Positions 1-11,013 are shown, counted from the stretch's first letter. The stretch is DNA of 64,000 bases from Microcoleus sp. (GCA_052279835.1 CP181291.1:5120001-5184000), one strand, 5' to 3'. A program made the numbers and translations. The notes: generated by a model not told the origin, from the sequence alone.

Positions 1-388
1 TGCTGAATTACTCAATAACGATGTACATATTCTCGGTTATGGCTTCGATCCGCAACATTCCAGTCTCCAACCCTACTTAGGAGGTAAAGGTACAGAAGGA
101 ACTTATTTGTATGCAGCCACCAGGGTAATTGAAGCTATTCATGAAGCAGGAGGTTTAGCCGTTCTCGCCCATCCCTGTCGGTATCGTTCTACCGCCGATA
201 AATTAATCCCAGAAGCTGCTCATTTTGGGATTGATGGTGTAGAAATTTACTATGCCTATGGCAATCCAAATCCTTGGAAACCAAGCCCCAAACAAACTGC
301 TTTAGTTAAAGATTTAGCAGAAACTCACGGTTTGCTTGGAACTTGTGGAACTGATTCTCACGGCTTGAGTCTTTTAGTCAGAATCTAG
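1..388 (+). CDS. PHP-domain phosphoesterase (5'-truncated by the window edge)
   Basis: VHILGY, AVLAHP, DGVEIYY and TCGTDSHG motifs typical of PHP/TrpH family; frame continues upstream of 107. Confidence 0.8.
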   Translation, partial: AELLNNDVHILGYGFDPQHSSLQPYLGGKGTEGTYLYAATRVIEAIHEAGGLAVLAHPCRYRSTADKLIPEAAHFGIDGVEIYYAYGNPNPWKPSPKQTALVKDLAETHGLLGTCGTDSHGLSLLVRI

Positions 389-436
389 ATATTTTGGGCA
401 TTGCGAAGTGGGTAGCAACTAAATAATGACTACTAA

Positions 437-1603
437 CTACCGTTCGGGAAACAACTGACAAGCCCTGTTAGTTGGTTGATTTGCCCAATCCAAACGAGAA
501 TTCCCAAACCGATCCATCCAACCTTCCAAATAAACCCGATTAGCCTTTCTTTCCTCTGGATTAGATGTATTCATTGGATGAGGTGCTAAACCCAAAATAG
601 TCGCCGTTGTCACGCAAAACATCGACTTTTGAAAACTCTGACAAATTTGCACTCGCACATCATCTTCGCCTCGACAGCTAGTGCGATAAACTTCTTGCAA
701 ATACTCCGGCAAAAAATGCCGCATATCTTGCATCAATTGAGTTGGCGGAATTCCCGCGCCGCCAATCGGTAAAGGATCGGCAAACAAAGCACCATAGCTA
801 AAGTCTCTTTGTTGTTCCGGGATTTGATGAGCTTGAGCGTTGTAGGAAACTACTCCAAAAAATGCAGTTCCCCGAAAGAAAATTGACTCGACATAGGGAA
901 TCGCTACATCTGCTAAAAATGTCAATCCAGCCTCTGGAGGAATGATATCGTAGACTTGATCGCTAATCTTGACGCTGTAGGTAATTGGTAAACTGGCGGC
1001 AGCCACTAACCCAGCTTTGACAAAATCAACTACGTCAGCAATAGACTTAGTTTCCCCTCGATCGTAGGAATCAGATAAGTCCATAAACAAATCGCTCATT
1101 ACCCGCCAAAACTGACCTAAACCGGTGTAGTAAGCCAGCATCCGCACTTGTTCCGGCAAAAAATCAGGAAATGCTTTATGGAGTCCCTGCATGAAAAAAT
1201 TGCCTTTTAATTTAGCAGCGATCGCCTTTTCCACCAAATTATCAAACTCCGGGGAATCCAAATAACTATCCAAGCCCCCGCCGCCGTGCCAAAGCATGGT
1301 TTTCATGCAATATTCGGCATACTCAAAATTTATGCGATCGTGCCACAAATAACGCATTAATTTGGGCAGAGTAACTTCCCCATTGAAATATTTAAAAAAT
1401 GGGAAAAGCACTAAAAATTGTTCTTCTGCAATGTAGTTGAGATTCCGAGAATAGGCATCTAAAACAACTCCATAACTTTTAAGAACGCCGACAACTTCTA
1501 TTAAATTTTCCGTAGAATCCGGTAGTAAAGCTTTGCCTGATTCCAAGATGTCAATGTATGCTGAGAGAGGATGAGAAGATGGTTTTAATACGGTACTTGT
1601 CAT
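437..1603 (-). CDS. cupB: CO2 hydration protein CupB (ChpX)
   Basis: FPFFKYFNGE, WHDRINFEYAEYC, GIPPTQLMQDMRH motifs; 388 aa (CupB size, shorter than CupA); follows ndhF4/ndhD4 beside the ccm operon. Confidence 0.9.
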   Translation of the reverse strand: MTSTVLKPSSHPLSAYIDILESGKALLPDSTENLIEVVGVLKSYGVVLDAYSRNLNYIAEEQFLVLFPFFKYFNGEVTLPKLMRYLWHDRINFEYAEYCMKTMLWHGGGGLDSYLDSPEFDNLVEKAIAAKLKGNFFMQGLHKAFPDFLPEQVRMLAYYTGLGQFWRVMSDLFMDLSDSYDRGETKSIADVVDFVKAGLVAAASLPITYSVKISDQVYDIIPPEAGLTFLADVAIPYVESIFFRGTAFFGVVSYNAQAHQIPEQQRDFSYGALFADPLPIGGAGIPPTQLMQDMRHFLPEYLQEVYRTSCRGEDDVRVQICQSFQKSMFCVTTATILGLAPHPMNTSNPEERKANRVYLEGWMDRFGNSRLDWANQPTNRACQLFPER

Positions 1604-1726
1604 TTTAATTTAACCTTAAATGAAGGAAGAAGGAAGAAGGAAGAAGGAAGAAAGATGTTTGTAGTAACAACTTTAGTCCTTTCATGATGGACTAAAAGCT
1701 TTTCAGATATAGCATTTCTTGGTCTA

Positions 1727-2108
1727 GTAGGGACACTGCCGTGGGGATCATTCAGAATTTGCAAATATATCGGTAGGGGCGAAGCATGACCGTAGTAAAT
1801 CCTTCCTTTTAACCAATAACTTATCTGCCGGAATGCGAGAGCCCTTACAAAATCGGGATTCTCCCCTGCCCAAGGAGTGTCAACTTAAGCTGTCAGCCCG
1901 CCCCGTGTCCGTTAGTCATTCATCAAGTCCGCCAGGGGTTGAAACCCCTGTCTAATAGCGAAAGTCCTCTCAAACAGGACTGAAGAGAAGAATCTCAACT
2001 CATTAGTCCTCTTTTAGAGGACTAATGAGTTGAGACAGGGGTTGAAACCCCTGTCGGACTATCGGTTTGACGTTAAGTTGACACCAATGTCCCCTGCCGT
2101 GTCCCTAC
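1727..2108. repeat. Nested REP/MITE-like palindromic elements
   Basis: Outer GTAGGGACAC..GTGTCCCTAC; inner GTGTCAACTTAA..TTAAGTTGACAC (1877-2084); innermost AGTCC..CAGGGGTTGAAACCCCTG..GGACT (1926-2060); 1743-1865 resembles 23901-24021. Confidence 0.8.
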
Positions 2109-2122
2109 AGCTAGGTCATATT

Positions 2123-3640
2123 TTATGGTGAGTTTTGAGCGATCGCATTAACTTGTGGTGGCACATTAGCTACCATGGCGATCGCAGTTTTCTCACTCAA
2201 AGCCACAATCACTCCCGGCTGCACTCCCATAATCAGAATAATCACAGCCAATACCAAAGAAGGAATGCGATCGCCCCAACGCACTTGTGGTAAACTCACC
2301 ACCAAATCCGAAAGCCGACCAAAAAAAGCACGGTTGACCATAATTAAAAAATAAACTGAAGTCAAACCCGTGCCGATCATGCACAGCAAAGTTTGCACCG
2401 GAAACACTTGCAAGCTACCGCGAAATACCAAAAATTCAGCAATAAATCCAGCCAAACCTGGAATACCCGCACTAGCCATCACCCCGAGAATCATTAAACT
2501 ACCAATCATCGGCAAACCTCGATCGGGATTAAACAAACCCCGCAGCACATCTAAATTGCGACTACCTGATTTTCGGTAAACAACACCGACGGTTAAAAAC
2601 AGTAGCGCCGAAATTAAACCGTGGCTTACCATTTGTAAAACAGTACCCAACATACTCACCGGAGTAGCCGCAGCGCTAGCCAACAGAATGTAGCCCATGT
2701 GAGCGATCGAACTATAAGCTACCATTTTCTTCATATCTTTTTGGGCGATCGCGCAACTAGCCCCATAAAGCACACTGACAACAGCCCAACTCGCCAGCCA
2801 AGGTGCAGCCACCGCCCACGCATCAGGAAACAAACCCAAGCCAAATCGCAGCATCCCGTAGGTTCCTAACTTCAAAAGCACCCCAGCCAGCAACACCGAA
2901 ACCGGAGTCGAAGCTTCTACGTGAGCATCAGGAAGCCAAGTATGAAAAGGCACTAAAGGCATCTTAATCCCAAAAGCCAATAACACCCCAGCCAGTAACA
3001 CAATTTGCCTCACCAAAGGCAAAGGTAAAGCACCCTGCAAATGCGATGCACCCACAGCACCAACAATATCAAAACTAGAAGCACCACTCAGCCAAACCGT
3101 CCCCAAGAAAGATGCCAGCAGCACAATCCCAGCAAACGCAGTATAGATTAAAAACTTAGTAGCAGCATAACCCCGACGTTCGCCTCCCCAAATCGCAATT
3201 AACAGGTAAAGGGGGATTAGTTCCACCTCAAAAAACAGGAAAAAGAGCAGCAAATTTTGAGCTAAAAAAGCGCCATTCACGCCACCCATTATCAGCAAAA
3301 TCAAAGAATAATAAATTCGAGGTCTGCGAATAAACTCATCTGTACTGTAAATAGCCACCCCAGTCAGGAGAGCATTTAAAATCACCAAAGGCAGAGACAA
3401 ACCATCAACACCCAGATTGTAGTTCAATCCCAAAACATCTATCCAAGGCAGAAATTCTACAAACTGCAACTGACTCGCATTTATATCAAACTGAGCCGCT
3501 AGAATCACCGATAAAATCAAAGTTATACCTGCCATCGCCAGGGCCAGATTGCGCACAATTTTAGAACTAACCGCGCTAGGCCAAAACCCAATCAGAGCCG
3601 CCCCCAATATTGGTATCCAAATTAAAGCACTAAGCATCAA
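2123..3640 (-). CDS. ndhD4: NDH-1 subunit 4 (NuoM-like), CO2-uptake type
   Basis: FHTWLPDAHVEAS, LLKLGTYG, AYSSIAHMG motifs; linked to cupB. Confidence 0.9.
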   Translation of the reverse strand: MMLSALIWIPILGAALIGFWPSAVSSKIVRNLALAMAGITLILSVILAAQFDINASQLQFVEFLPWIDVLGLNYNLGVDGLSLPLVILNALLTGVAIYSTDEFIRRPRIYYSLILLIMGGVNGAFLAQNLLLFFLFFEVELIPLYLLIAIWGGERRGYAATKFLIYTAFAGIVLLASFLGTVWLSGASSFDIVGAVGASHLQGALPLPLVRQIVLLAGVLLAFGIKMPLVPFHTWLPDAHVEASTPVSVLLAGVLLKLGTYGMLRFGLGLFPDAWAVAAPWLASWAVVSVLYGASCAIAQKDMKKMVAYSSIAHMGYILLASAAATPVSMLGTVLQMVSHGLISALLFLTVGVVYRKSGSRNLDVLRGLFNPDRGLPMIGSLMILGVMASAGIPGLAGFIAEFLVFRGSLQVFPVQTLLCMIGTGLTSVYFLIMVNRAFFGRLSDLVVSLPQVRWGDRIPSLVLAVIILIMGVQPGVIVALSEKTAIAMVANVPPQVNAIAQNSP

Positions 3641-3764
3641 TTAAAACTTTCCTTTACTACAACTTTTAAAACTATGTTTAAGATTAGCGCAAACCCAGAC
3701 AAGATAAAAGCGATCGGCTGATTTTTTTTGTTAACATAGGTTCAGATGTATTTGGAACCATCCT

Positions 3765-4388
3765 ATGACCTCAAGTCTTACAGAAAGTCTCACAGACCGG
3801 GAAGATTTGCAAGTTCGATCGGCATACCCTTCCACCCGCCTCACAGTTGCCGACTTGGAACAACTGCAAGGTATACTCTGCGAAGCACAGCTAGACTACC
3901 AATTAGAACTCGTAGACGGGAAGATTATCGTTATGGGCGGATCAGACATTGTATCGAGCGAAATAGGGGCAGAGTTCAGCAGACTTTTGCTTAACTGGGT
4001 CAAACCCCGCAAATTGGGACGAGTGTTTGAATCTAGTGGCGGGTTTATTCTCCCGAATTCCGATCTGAGAGTTCCTGATGTTTCTTTTGTGGTAGCCTCG
4101 CGCCTCAAGCAAAGTAAAAGGTATTTTGCCGAACTCGTTCCCGACTTAGTTGTAGAAATCAAATCTCAGTCCGATCGCATTAAACCCATGCGAGAAAAAA
4201 TCCTCTCATTTCTCGAACTCGGAGCAAAAGTAGGAATATTAATCGATCCAGACAAATGCACAGTCACAATTTACCGCCCCGCAACCGAACCAGTTATATT
4301 GAGAGATGGAGACATTATTTCAATTCCTGAACTATTACCTGGTTGGGAAGTTCCCGTTGCAGAATTATGGCCGATCGAGTTTGAGTAA
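3765..4388 (+). CDS. Uma2 family (PD-(D/E)XK-like) endonuclease
   Basis: ELVDG, VPDVSF, PDLVVEIKS, GILIDP, LLPGWEV pattern. Confidence 0.9.
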   Translation: MTSSLTESLTDREDLQVRSAYPSTRLTVADLEQLQGILCEAQLDYQLELVDGKIIVMGGSDIVSSEIGAEFSRLLLNWVKPRKLGRVFESSGGFILPNSDLRVPDVSFVVASRLKQSKRYFAELVPDLVVEIKSQSDRIKPMREKILSFLELGAKVGILIDPDKCTVTIYRPATEPVILRDGDIISIPELLPGWEVPVAELWPIEFE

Positions 4389-4453
4389 AATTGGATAAAA
4401 AGCAGACAAACCCAGAATAAAATCATCTGCTCTCATCTGCTCTCATCTGCGGT

Positions 4454-6328
4454 TTAAAACAACCAAACTATCAAAGCCAGCAATACAGCCACTCCCCCAG
4501 CAATAGTCAACACATAAAACTGGGACTGACCATTACCACTATACTTCAAACCTTCGCCACTGAAAATGGTGGCAAAACCAAACAAATTCACCACGCCATC
4601 CACCACATACCTGTCAGTCCAAGCACTCATCTTAGAAATAGAATCAACTGCCCAAACCACAGTCAAACGGTAAACGCGATCGATATAAAAATCGTAAGCC
4701 AACAAATCCTGCACAGCCGGAATCGGTAATCGCACAGGCTTGGGTATCACCCCATACCAATAGATAGCCACCCCGATCGCACAACCAATAAACCCAGATA
4801 ACATCAACAACGGTGTATCCAAAGTTTTCAACAGCAAATTTAAACTATCAAAATCTCCAGTCTCAGCCCAAGGTCCACTCCAACTAATTAATAATTGCCA
4901 CCGCTGCAACATCCAAGGCACTAATAGTCCCGTAACAGTTAAAATTACCATTGGCACAGCCATTAGCCATCCGACTTCTGGAGTTCGGTGAGTTTTTGGC
5001 TGCGGTTTTCCGACAAACACCAAACCAAATACGCGAGTTAAATTGAGCGCCGTCAAACAATTAACTAACAGCAGCACAACTACCAACCATAAAGGTACTG
5101 TCCAAAAACCATTCAGCCAGCGCCGCATTGCCCAAAAATTCCCTAGTGGCAACAGTGCTACCATCCCCGCAGCGCCTACTACAAAAGCCGCAGTCGTGGC
5201 GGGCATTCTCGACCATAAGCCACCCATTTCTGTTAAATCTTGAGTGTTGGTGGTCGAAATAATCGACCCAGCGCTCATGAATAATAGTGCCTTGGAAATC
5301 GAGTGTGCAAACAGTAACAGCAAAGCAATGTCAACTTGATTTAACCCCACCGCGATAAACACCAAACCTAAAGAAGCGCTCGTGGAATGGGAGAATGTTC
5401 TTTTGAGGTCGATTTGGGCGATCGCCACTAAAGAAGCCCCAACCGCCGTCACCGCACCCAAAACCACCAACACCGCACCAGTCATCGGCGACAGCGCCAA
5501 AACCGGCTGAAGTTTAATCAAAACATAAGCCCCACCACCCACAACTACCGTATTCCGCATAATTGAAGCTGGGTTCGGCCCTTCCATCGCCTCGTCTAGC
5601 CACAAATGGAAGGGAAATTGAGCGCACTTAGCCGTAGGTGCGGCAATTAAAGCCAAACCTAATAAATTCCCAACTACAGGAGATAAAGTTGCCGATTCTG
5701 CCCATGTTTCTAAATCCGAAAAATTCAAACTTCCTGCTAAAGTAGAAAGTGTCACTACTCCCATCAGCAGGGGTACATCTCCCACTCGTTTGGTTAAAAA
5801 CGCATCACGAGCCGCTGTGACTACCAGGGGTTGAGCGTACCAAAATCCTACTAGCAAGTAAGTTGAAAGTGTCAGCATTTCCAACAAAGCGTAAGTTAGA
5901 AGCAGCGAATCGCTAATTGCAATGCCACTAATTGCTGCTTCAAAAAAACCCAGCAACCCGAAAAATCGAGCCATCGCCCAGTCTTTTTCCATGTAGCCCA
6001 AAGCATAAATTTGTGCTAGCAAACTTAGAAATGCCACCAACTCCATTGCGCCCACACTTACGGTAGAGATTTCTAGGGCAAAAGATAGGTTTAAGTCTGT
6101 TACTTGCACCCAGTTGAGCAGCAATTGTTGAGGTGGTTCATTCCAAGTTTCTCTGAAAATAACTGACCCGTGGATAAAAGCCAACACAGTCATCAACAAA
6201 TTGAAATAAGCCGCTGGTCTGGGCCCTGTTTTGCGAATTGTTCCCGTAGACCAAGGCAAAGTTAAAATAGCGCCTATTAAGCCATATAAAGGTACCCACC
6301 AACAGGTTTGGAGGAGCAATGGATTCAT
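4454..6328 (-). CDS. ndhF4: NDH-1 subunit F, CO2-uptake type
   Basis: RKTGPRPAAY, AQFPFHLWLDEAMEGPNPAS motifs; upstream of ndhD4 and cupB. Confidence 0.9.
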   Translation of the reverse strand: MNPLLLQTCWWVPLYGLIGAILTLPWSTGTIRKTGPRPAAYFNLLMTVLAFIHGSVIFRETWNEPPQQLLLNWVQVTDLNLSFALEISTVSVGAMELVAFLSLLAQIYALGYMEKDWAMARFFGLLGFFEAAISGIAISDSLLLTYALLEMLTLSTYLLVGFWYAQPLVVTAARDAFLTKRVGDVPLLMGVVTLSTLAGSLNFSDLETWAESATLSPVVGNLLGLALIAAPTAKCAQFPFHLWLDEAMEGPNPASIMRNTVVVGGGAYVLIKLQPVLALSPMTGAVLVVLGAVTAVGASLVAIAQIDLKRTFSHSTSASLGLVFIAVGLNQVDIALLLLFAHSISKALLFMSAGSIISTTNTQDLTEMGGLWSRMPATTAAFVVGAAGMVALLPLGNFWAMRRWLNGFWTVPLWLVVVLLLVNCLTALNLTRVFGLVFVGKPQPKTHRTPEVGWLMAVPMVILTVTGLLVPWMLQRWQLLISWSGPWAETGDFDSLNLLLKTLDTPLLMLSGFIGCAIGVAIYWYGVIPKPVRLPIPAVQDLLAYDFYIDRVYRLTVVWAVDSISKMSAWTDRYVVDGVVNLFGFATIFSGEGLKYSGNGQSQFYVLTIAGGVAVLLALIVWLF

Positions 6329-6826
6329 GAATTTATCCTGATAAATTTGGATTTTACTGCTGTCTTTATGAAAAAATATCCGCGAGCGATCGCACCCTGG
6401 AATTTTGGCTAAACGTGATTGTATAGTTTTGGCAAAATTTTTTGCACTAATTTTAACTATACCTTAAAGAACTCAAACTGAGAATTCTATCACTGAGAAA
6501 TTAGTTTTTACCGCATAAGCGAACTCTACTTGACAAGTATTTTTACTTAGCGGACTCTCCAATTGCCACCTGCATCTACTCCTGACTATGTTAAGTTTAT
6601 TAAAAAAATATTAAATCATTTTAAGGATCATAAAATATTTTAATTTTTGTTATTAAACATTATGATGTTGGTTTATATTGTCAAGGTACACAGCTTAGCC
6701 TATTCTTAGAGGATAGGAAGCTTTAAACCGTTTTTCTAAATAATCTGGGCTCCCCCGTCCAATTTTTAAAATTGGTCAAAGATTTGTAACGGTAATTCCA
6801 CTAACTCTCGCTTAGGAGATTCAAAA

Positions 6827-7138
6827 ATGTCAATTGCCGTGGGAATGATTGAGACAAAAGGTTTTCCCGCTGTTGTGGAAGCTGCCGACGCTATGGTCAA
6901 AGCTGCTCGTGTCACCCTCGTGGGCTATGAAAAAATTGGCAGCGCCCGCGTCACAGTAATTGTGCGTGGTAACGTTTCGGAAGTCCAAGCCTCAGTAGCA
7001 GCAGGAGTCGAGTCCGTCAAACGGGTCAATGGCGGAGAAGTTGTCTCTACCCACATCATCGCCCGTCCCCACGAAAACCTAGAATATGTTTTACCGATTC
7101 GCTATACCGAAGCAGTCGAACAGTTCCGTGGCGACTAA
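6827..7138 (+). CDS. ccmK2: Carboxysome shell hexamer CcmK (short form)
   Basis: [39 protein letters not shown] domain, 103 aa. Confidence 0.9.
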   Translation: MSIAVGMIETKGFPAVVEAADAMVKAARVTLVGYEKIGSARVTVIVRGNVSEVQASVAAGVESVKRVNGGEVVSTHIIARPHENLEYVLPIRYTEAVEQFRGD

Positions 7139-7235
7139 GTTCTCACCGCACAGAAACTTAGTTCCGTGAAAAATTAGTGCAACCGTCAAAAAAACATCGT
7201 TTAGTTCCCCCAATATTAAATCAGGAGTAGAAACA

Positions 7236-7577
7236 ATGGCAATTGCAGTTGGCATGATTGAAACTTTAGGCTTCCCGGCAGTCGTAGAAGCAGCCGACGC
7301 CATGGTCAAAGCAGCCCGCGTTACCCTAGTCGGGTACGAAAAAATCGGCAGCGCCCGCGTTACAGTCATCGTCAGAGGAGATGTCTCGGAAGTACAAGCT
7401 TCCGTCGCCGCTGGAGTAGAATCCGTCAAGCGTGTTAACGGTGGACAAGTTATGTCCACCCACATCATTGCCCGCCCTCACGAAAACTTGGAGTATGTAC
7501 TACCCATTCGCTACACCGAAGCTGTGGAACAATTCCGGGAAGGCGTGAGTGGCATTCGCCCACTCAATAGATCTTAA
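7236..7577 (+). CDS. ccmK1: Carboxysome shell hexamer CcmK with C-terminal extension
   Basis: Near-identical BMC domain plus ~10-aa C-terminal tail, 113 aa. Confidence 0.88.
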   Translation: MAIAVGMIETLGFPAVVEAADAMVKAARVTLVGYEKIGSARVTVIVRGDVSEVQASVAAGVESVKRVNGGQVMSTHIIARPHENLEYVLPIRYTEAVEQFREGVSGIRPLNRS

Positions 7578-7704
7578 AACAGGCGATCGTTCATTCAGCG
7601 TTTGGTAATTAAAAATTAAAAATTAAAAATTAAAAATCCTGAGAGATTTTGATTTAGTATTTTTAATTTTTAATTGAGTAGGAGATGGCAGATTGGTTAT
7701 TAGT

Positions 7705-7884
7705 CATGAGTCATTAGTTATTAGTTATTAGTCATTAGTTATTAGTCATTAGTCATTAGTCATTAGTCACTAGACAAATAACTCTAAACAACTGACAACC
7801 GACTGAGACAAGCTGATTAAAAAAAAGACGAATGACTATAAAAATGACAATTACCAATTACCAATTACCAATTACCAATTACCA
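7705..7884. repeat. Heptamer tandem repeats (ATTAGTC/ATTAGTT, then ATTACCA)
   Basis: Directly visible arrays between ccmK1 and ccmL. Confidence 0.9.
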
Positions 7885-7901
7885 GCTACCTGTCACCTAA
7901 A

Positions 7902-8207
7902 ATGCAAATGGCAAAAGTTCTCGGCACAGTTGTCAGTACCCAAAAAGAGCCTAGTCTTAGAGGATCGAAATTTCTGCTGCTGCAATTCATCAATGAAGAA
8001 GGTTCGCCAGTTCCCGGATATGAGGTAGCCGCTGACTGTGTGGGCGCTGGTATAGATGAATGGGTTTTAGTAACTAGGGGAAGCGCAGCCCGGATTGCAC
8101 CTGGAAGCGAAAACCGTCCGCTCGATGCTTTGGTGGTAGGTATTATAGATACTGTCAATGTAGAAAATCGCCTCATTTACAGTAAAAAAGACGACCCGTA
8201 CCGCTAG
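7902..8207 (+). CDS. ccmL: Carboxysome vertex pentamer CcmL
   Basis: MQMAKVLGTVVSTQK..VAADCVGAG..GSAAR EutN/CcmL signature. Confidence 0.95.
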   Translation: MQMAKVLGTVVSTQKEPSLRGSKFLLLQFINEEGSPVPGYEVAADCVGAGIDEWVLVTRGSAARIAPGSENRPLDALVVGIIDTVNVENRLIYSKKDDPYR

Positions 8208-8320
8208 TTGCAACCATTAGTAGTTAGTAGAAGTTGACAGTTGACCGTTGAGAGTTAACCTTCAACAGCTAACACCTAACAGCTAACAATTTTTTTTTTC
8301 AGTTCAGGAGAACTTAACTT

Positions 8321-9953
8321 ATGGCAGCCCGCAGTGTTGCGGCTCCCCCGACGCCTTGGTCGAAAAACTTGGCAGAGCCCAAAATTCACGAAACCGCCTA
8401 TGTACATTCCTTTTCTAACATTATTGGGGATGTGCGTGTCGGTTCTAAAGTGCTGATTGCCCCAGGAACATCTATCCGCGCCGATGAAGGTACTCCTTTC
8501 CATATCGGAAATAGTACCAACATTCAAGACGGAGTGGTAATTCATGGTTTAGAACAAGGCCGAGTCACCGGAGACGATGGCAACTCTTATTCCGTTTGGG
8601 TAGGGGAAAATACTTCGCTGACTCACATGAGTTTAATTCATGGCCCGGCCTACGTAGGCGATAACTGCTTTATCGGCTTTCGCTCTACGGTGTTCAATGC
8701 CAGGGTAGGAAACGGTTGCATTGTAATGATGCACGTACTAATTCAAGATGTAGAGATTCCTCCTGGAAAGTATATACCTTCGGGAGCTGTCATCACCAAT
8801 CAGCAGCAAGCCGATCGCTTGCCAGATGTTCAAGATTCAGACGTTAAATTTGCTACCCACGTCATCGGAGTTAACGACGCTCTGAGAACTGGTTATCGCT
8901 GTGCCGACAACATCGCTTGTCTGGCACCTATTCGCAATGAACTTTCTAAAAATTCGGACATGACTCCAATCACTTATTCTACCCATGGGACCACTCAATT
9001 GAGCAATTCGCTAGTCGATAGCGTCCGCAACCTGCTAGCTCAAGGATACAGCGTCGGAGCAGAACACGCGGATGCACGTCGCTTCCGCACCGGTTCTTGG
9101 CGTAGTTGCGGACCCATCTCCTCCACCCGCGAATCTGAAGTCATCAATGCTTTGTCGGCTTGTATGAGCGAACACCAAGGGGAATACGTCCGCTTGATCG
9201 GCATTGATACCAAAGCCAAGCGTCGCGTACTTGAAGAAATTGTCCAAAGACCGGGTGACAATGGCTCTAACGGTTCTAATGGCGCGACAACTCGCCAATC
9301 TAATGGCAAAGTTGCTCAACCTGCTCACCAGAATGGCGCTGCTGCGTCCAATGGTCAATTGAGTGGGGATTTGGCTGGGACTATTCGCAGCTTGCTAGCT
9401 CAAGGCTACAAGGTGGGGACTGAACACGCTGATGCTCGTCGCTTCCGCACCAGTTTCTTGGCAAAGTGGGGCTTCTGTGCAAGCACGGAACGAATCTGAG
9501 GCGATCGCCGCTTTGCAAGCTGTGATGCAACAGTACCCAGGAGAATACGTCCGCTTAATCGGCATCGATCCCAAAGCTAAGCGCCGCGTGGTGGAAGAAA
9601 TTATTCAGCGCCCAGATGGTCCCGTTGCTCAATCTGCTCAAACAGCAGGGACCGCATCATACAAAGCAAATTCGACTGCAACAGGCAGCGCACTGTTGAG
9701 CACCAAGACGATCGAGCAAATCCGCAACCTGCTCTCCCAAGGATACAAAATTGGTACCGAACACGCCGACCCGCGCCGCTTCCGCACAGGTTCTTGGCAC
9801 AGTTGCTCGCCGATCGCCTCCAATCGCGAATCGGAAGTGATTTCTGCCCTGGAAAGCTGTCTGAAAGAACACACAGGCGATTACGTCCGCTTGCTAGGAA
9901 TTGATTCCAAGGCTAAGCGCCGGGTGTTGGAAGAGATTATTCAGCGTCCTTAA
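8321..9953 (+). CDS. ccmM: Carboxysome protein CcmM (gamma-CA domain + 3 RbcS-like repeats), split by a +1 frameshift at 9454-9456
   Basis: ORFs 8321-9499 and 9432-9953 join into one 543-aa protein if one T is removed from ACCAGTTTCTTGG; the other repeats read RRFRTGSW. Confidence 0.93.
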
Positions 9954-9976
9954 TTGGCTAGTAATTAGCATTTTTT

Positions 9977-10006
9977 TCCCGTTAGTTGCTGTCTAAGCTA
10001 ACGGGA
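9977..10006 (+). terminator. Stem-loop after ccmM (stability or terminator hairpin)
   Basis: TCCCGTTAGTT..AGCTAACGGGA inverted repeat. Confidence 0.5.
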
Positions 10007-10158
10007 GAACCGCCAGGAAATTGAAGTAAAATTTGAAAAAGTTAGCAGGGTCGAGCAATAATTATTGCTGAGAGTTAGGCTTTCTATTTATCAATAATAC
10101 CATCCAAAATATCCTTGTTAATAAACCTAAAATCCTACATCTAAAATGGTTAAGTTGA

Positions 10159-10806
10159 ATGTATTTACGGCCACTGCAATTAAGTAGCAACTCTCAAGTT
10201 TATATCAGTGGCGATGTGGTTGTTGATGAGGGTGTGGCGATCGCTCCTGGAGTGATTCTCCAAGCAGATCCAGATAGCCGGATCTCGATCGCCGCCGGTA
10301 CCTGTATCGGTATGGGAGTAATTCTTCACGCCCGTCAAGGTACTCTGGAAATCGGAGCGGGTGCGATTCTCGGCGCAGGGGTGCTAGTAGTAGGTTCGGG
10401 GGCGATCGGAGCAAATTCCTGTATCGGTGCGGGGACTACGTTGATTAATCCTTGTATTGAGCAAAGGCAAATTTTGGCAGCCGGTTCTTTGATGGGAGAT
10501 GATAGCCGCCAAATCACCGCAGAAGCAAAACCACAATCAAAACCAGAAACCTCCCCAGTCGAACCACCAGTCGAACCACCAGTCGAACCACCAGAAACTG
10601 CTCCCAAAAATCCTCTGACGCCACCGGAGACGGCTGCATCCCCCCCATCAACGCCCACAGAGCAACCTCCTCAACCCGGAGAAATACCAACCATTTTGTA
10701 CGGACAAGCTCACATCAATCGGCTGCTGGGAACGCTGTTTCCGCACCGCCAAGCTTTCAATCGATCGGAGGAAAACGGTAAAACTTTTTCTGGCGGTTCC
10801 GAGTAG
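10159..10806 (+). CDS. ccmN: Carboxysome protein CcmN
   Basis: Hexapeptide beta-helix N-terminus, Pro-rich linker with PVEP repeats, C-terminal YGQAHINRLLGTLFPH encapsulation peptide. Confidence 0.92.
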   Translation: MYLRPLQLSSNSQVYISGDVVVDEGVAIAPGVILQADPDSRISIAAGTCIGMGVILHARQGTLEIGAGAILGAGVLVVGSGAIGANSCIGAGTTLINPCIEQRQILAAGSLMGDDSRQITAEAKPQSKPETSPVEPPVEPPVEPPETAPKNPLTPPETAASPPSTPTEQPPQPGEIPTILYGQAHINRLLGTLFPHRQAFNRSEENGKTFSGGSE

Positions 10807-11013
10807 TCGTTTTTTCGGCAAAAAGCAGCTATGCTGAAAGCAGAAAGATGAAATATAAATAGGTAATATTATATTATTATTGGTCGCCCCGCAATTTTTA
10901 ATGCCTTGTAGCAGCAATATGTGTCTTGTAGCTCATGTAATCTGTCCGATCGTCTGACACACTAAAACTATAAACAAATTTCTATTTTGGGAAGTTTCTA
11001 AGGGTAATAGAAG

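Noticed and set aside
6329..6826. NdhR/CmpR (LysR-type) operators in the ndhF4-ccmK divergent promoter
   Set aside because: The region is AT-rich and I could not identify a convincing consensus match by eye.
7705..7884. Repeat arrays as a possible CRISPR array
   Set aside because: The units are 7-bp tandem repeats without unique spacers, and there are no cas genes in the window.
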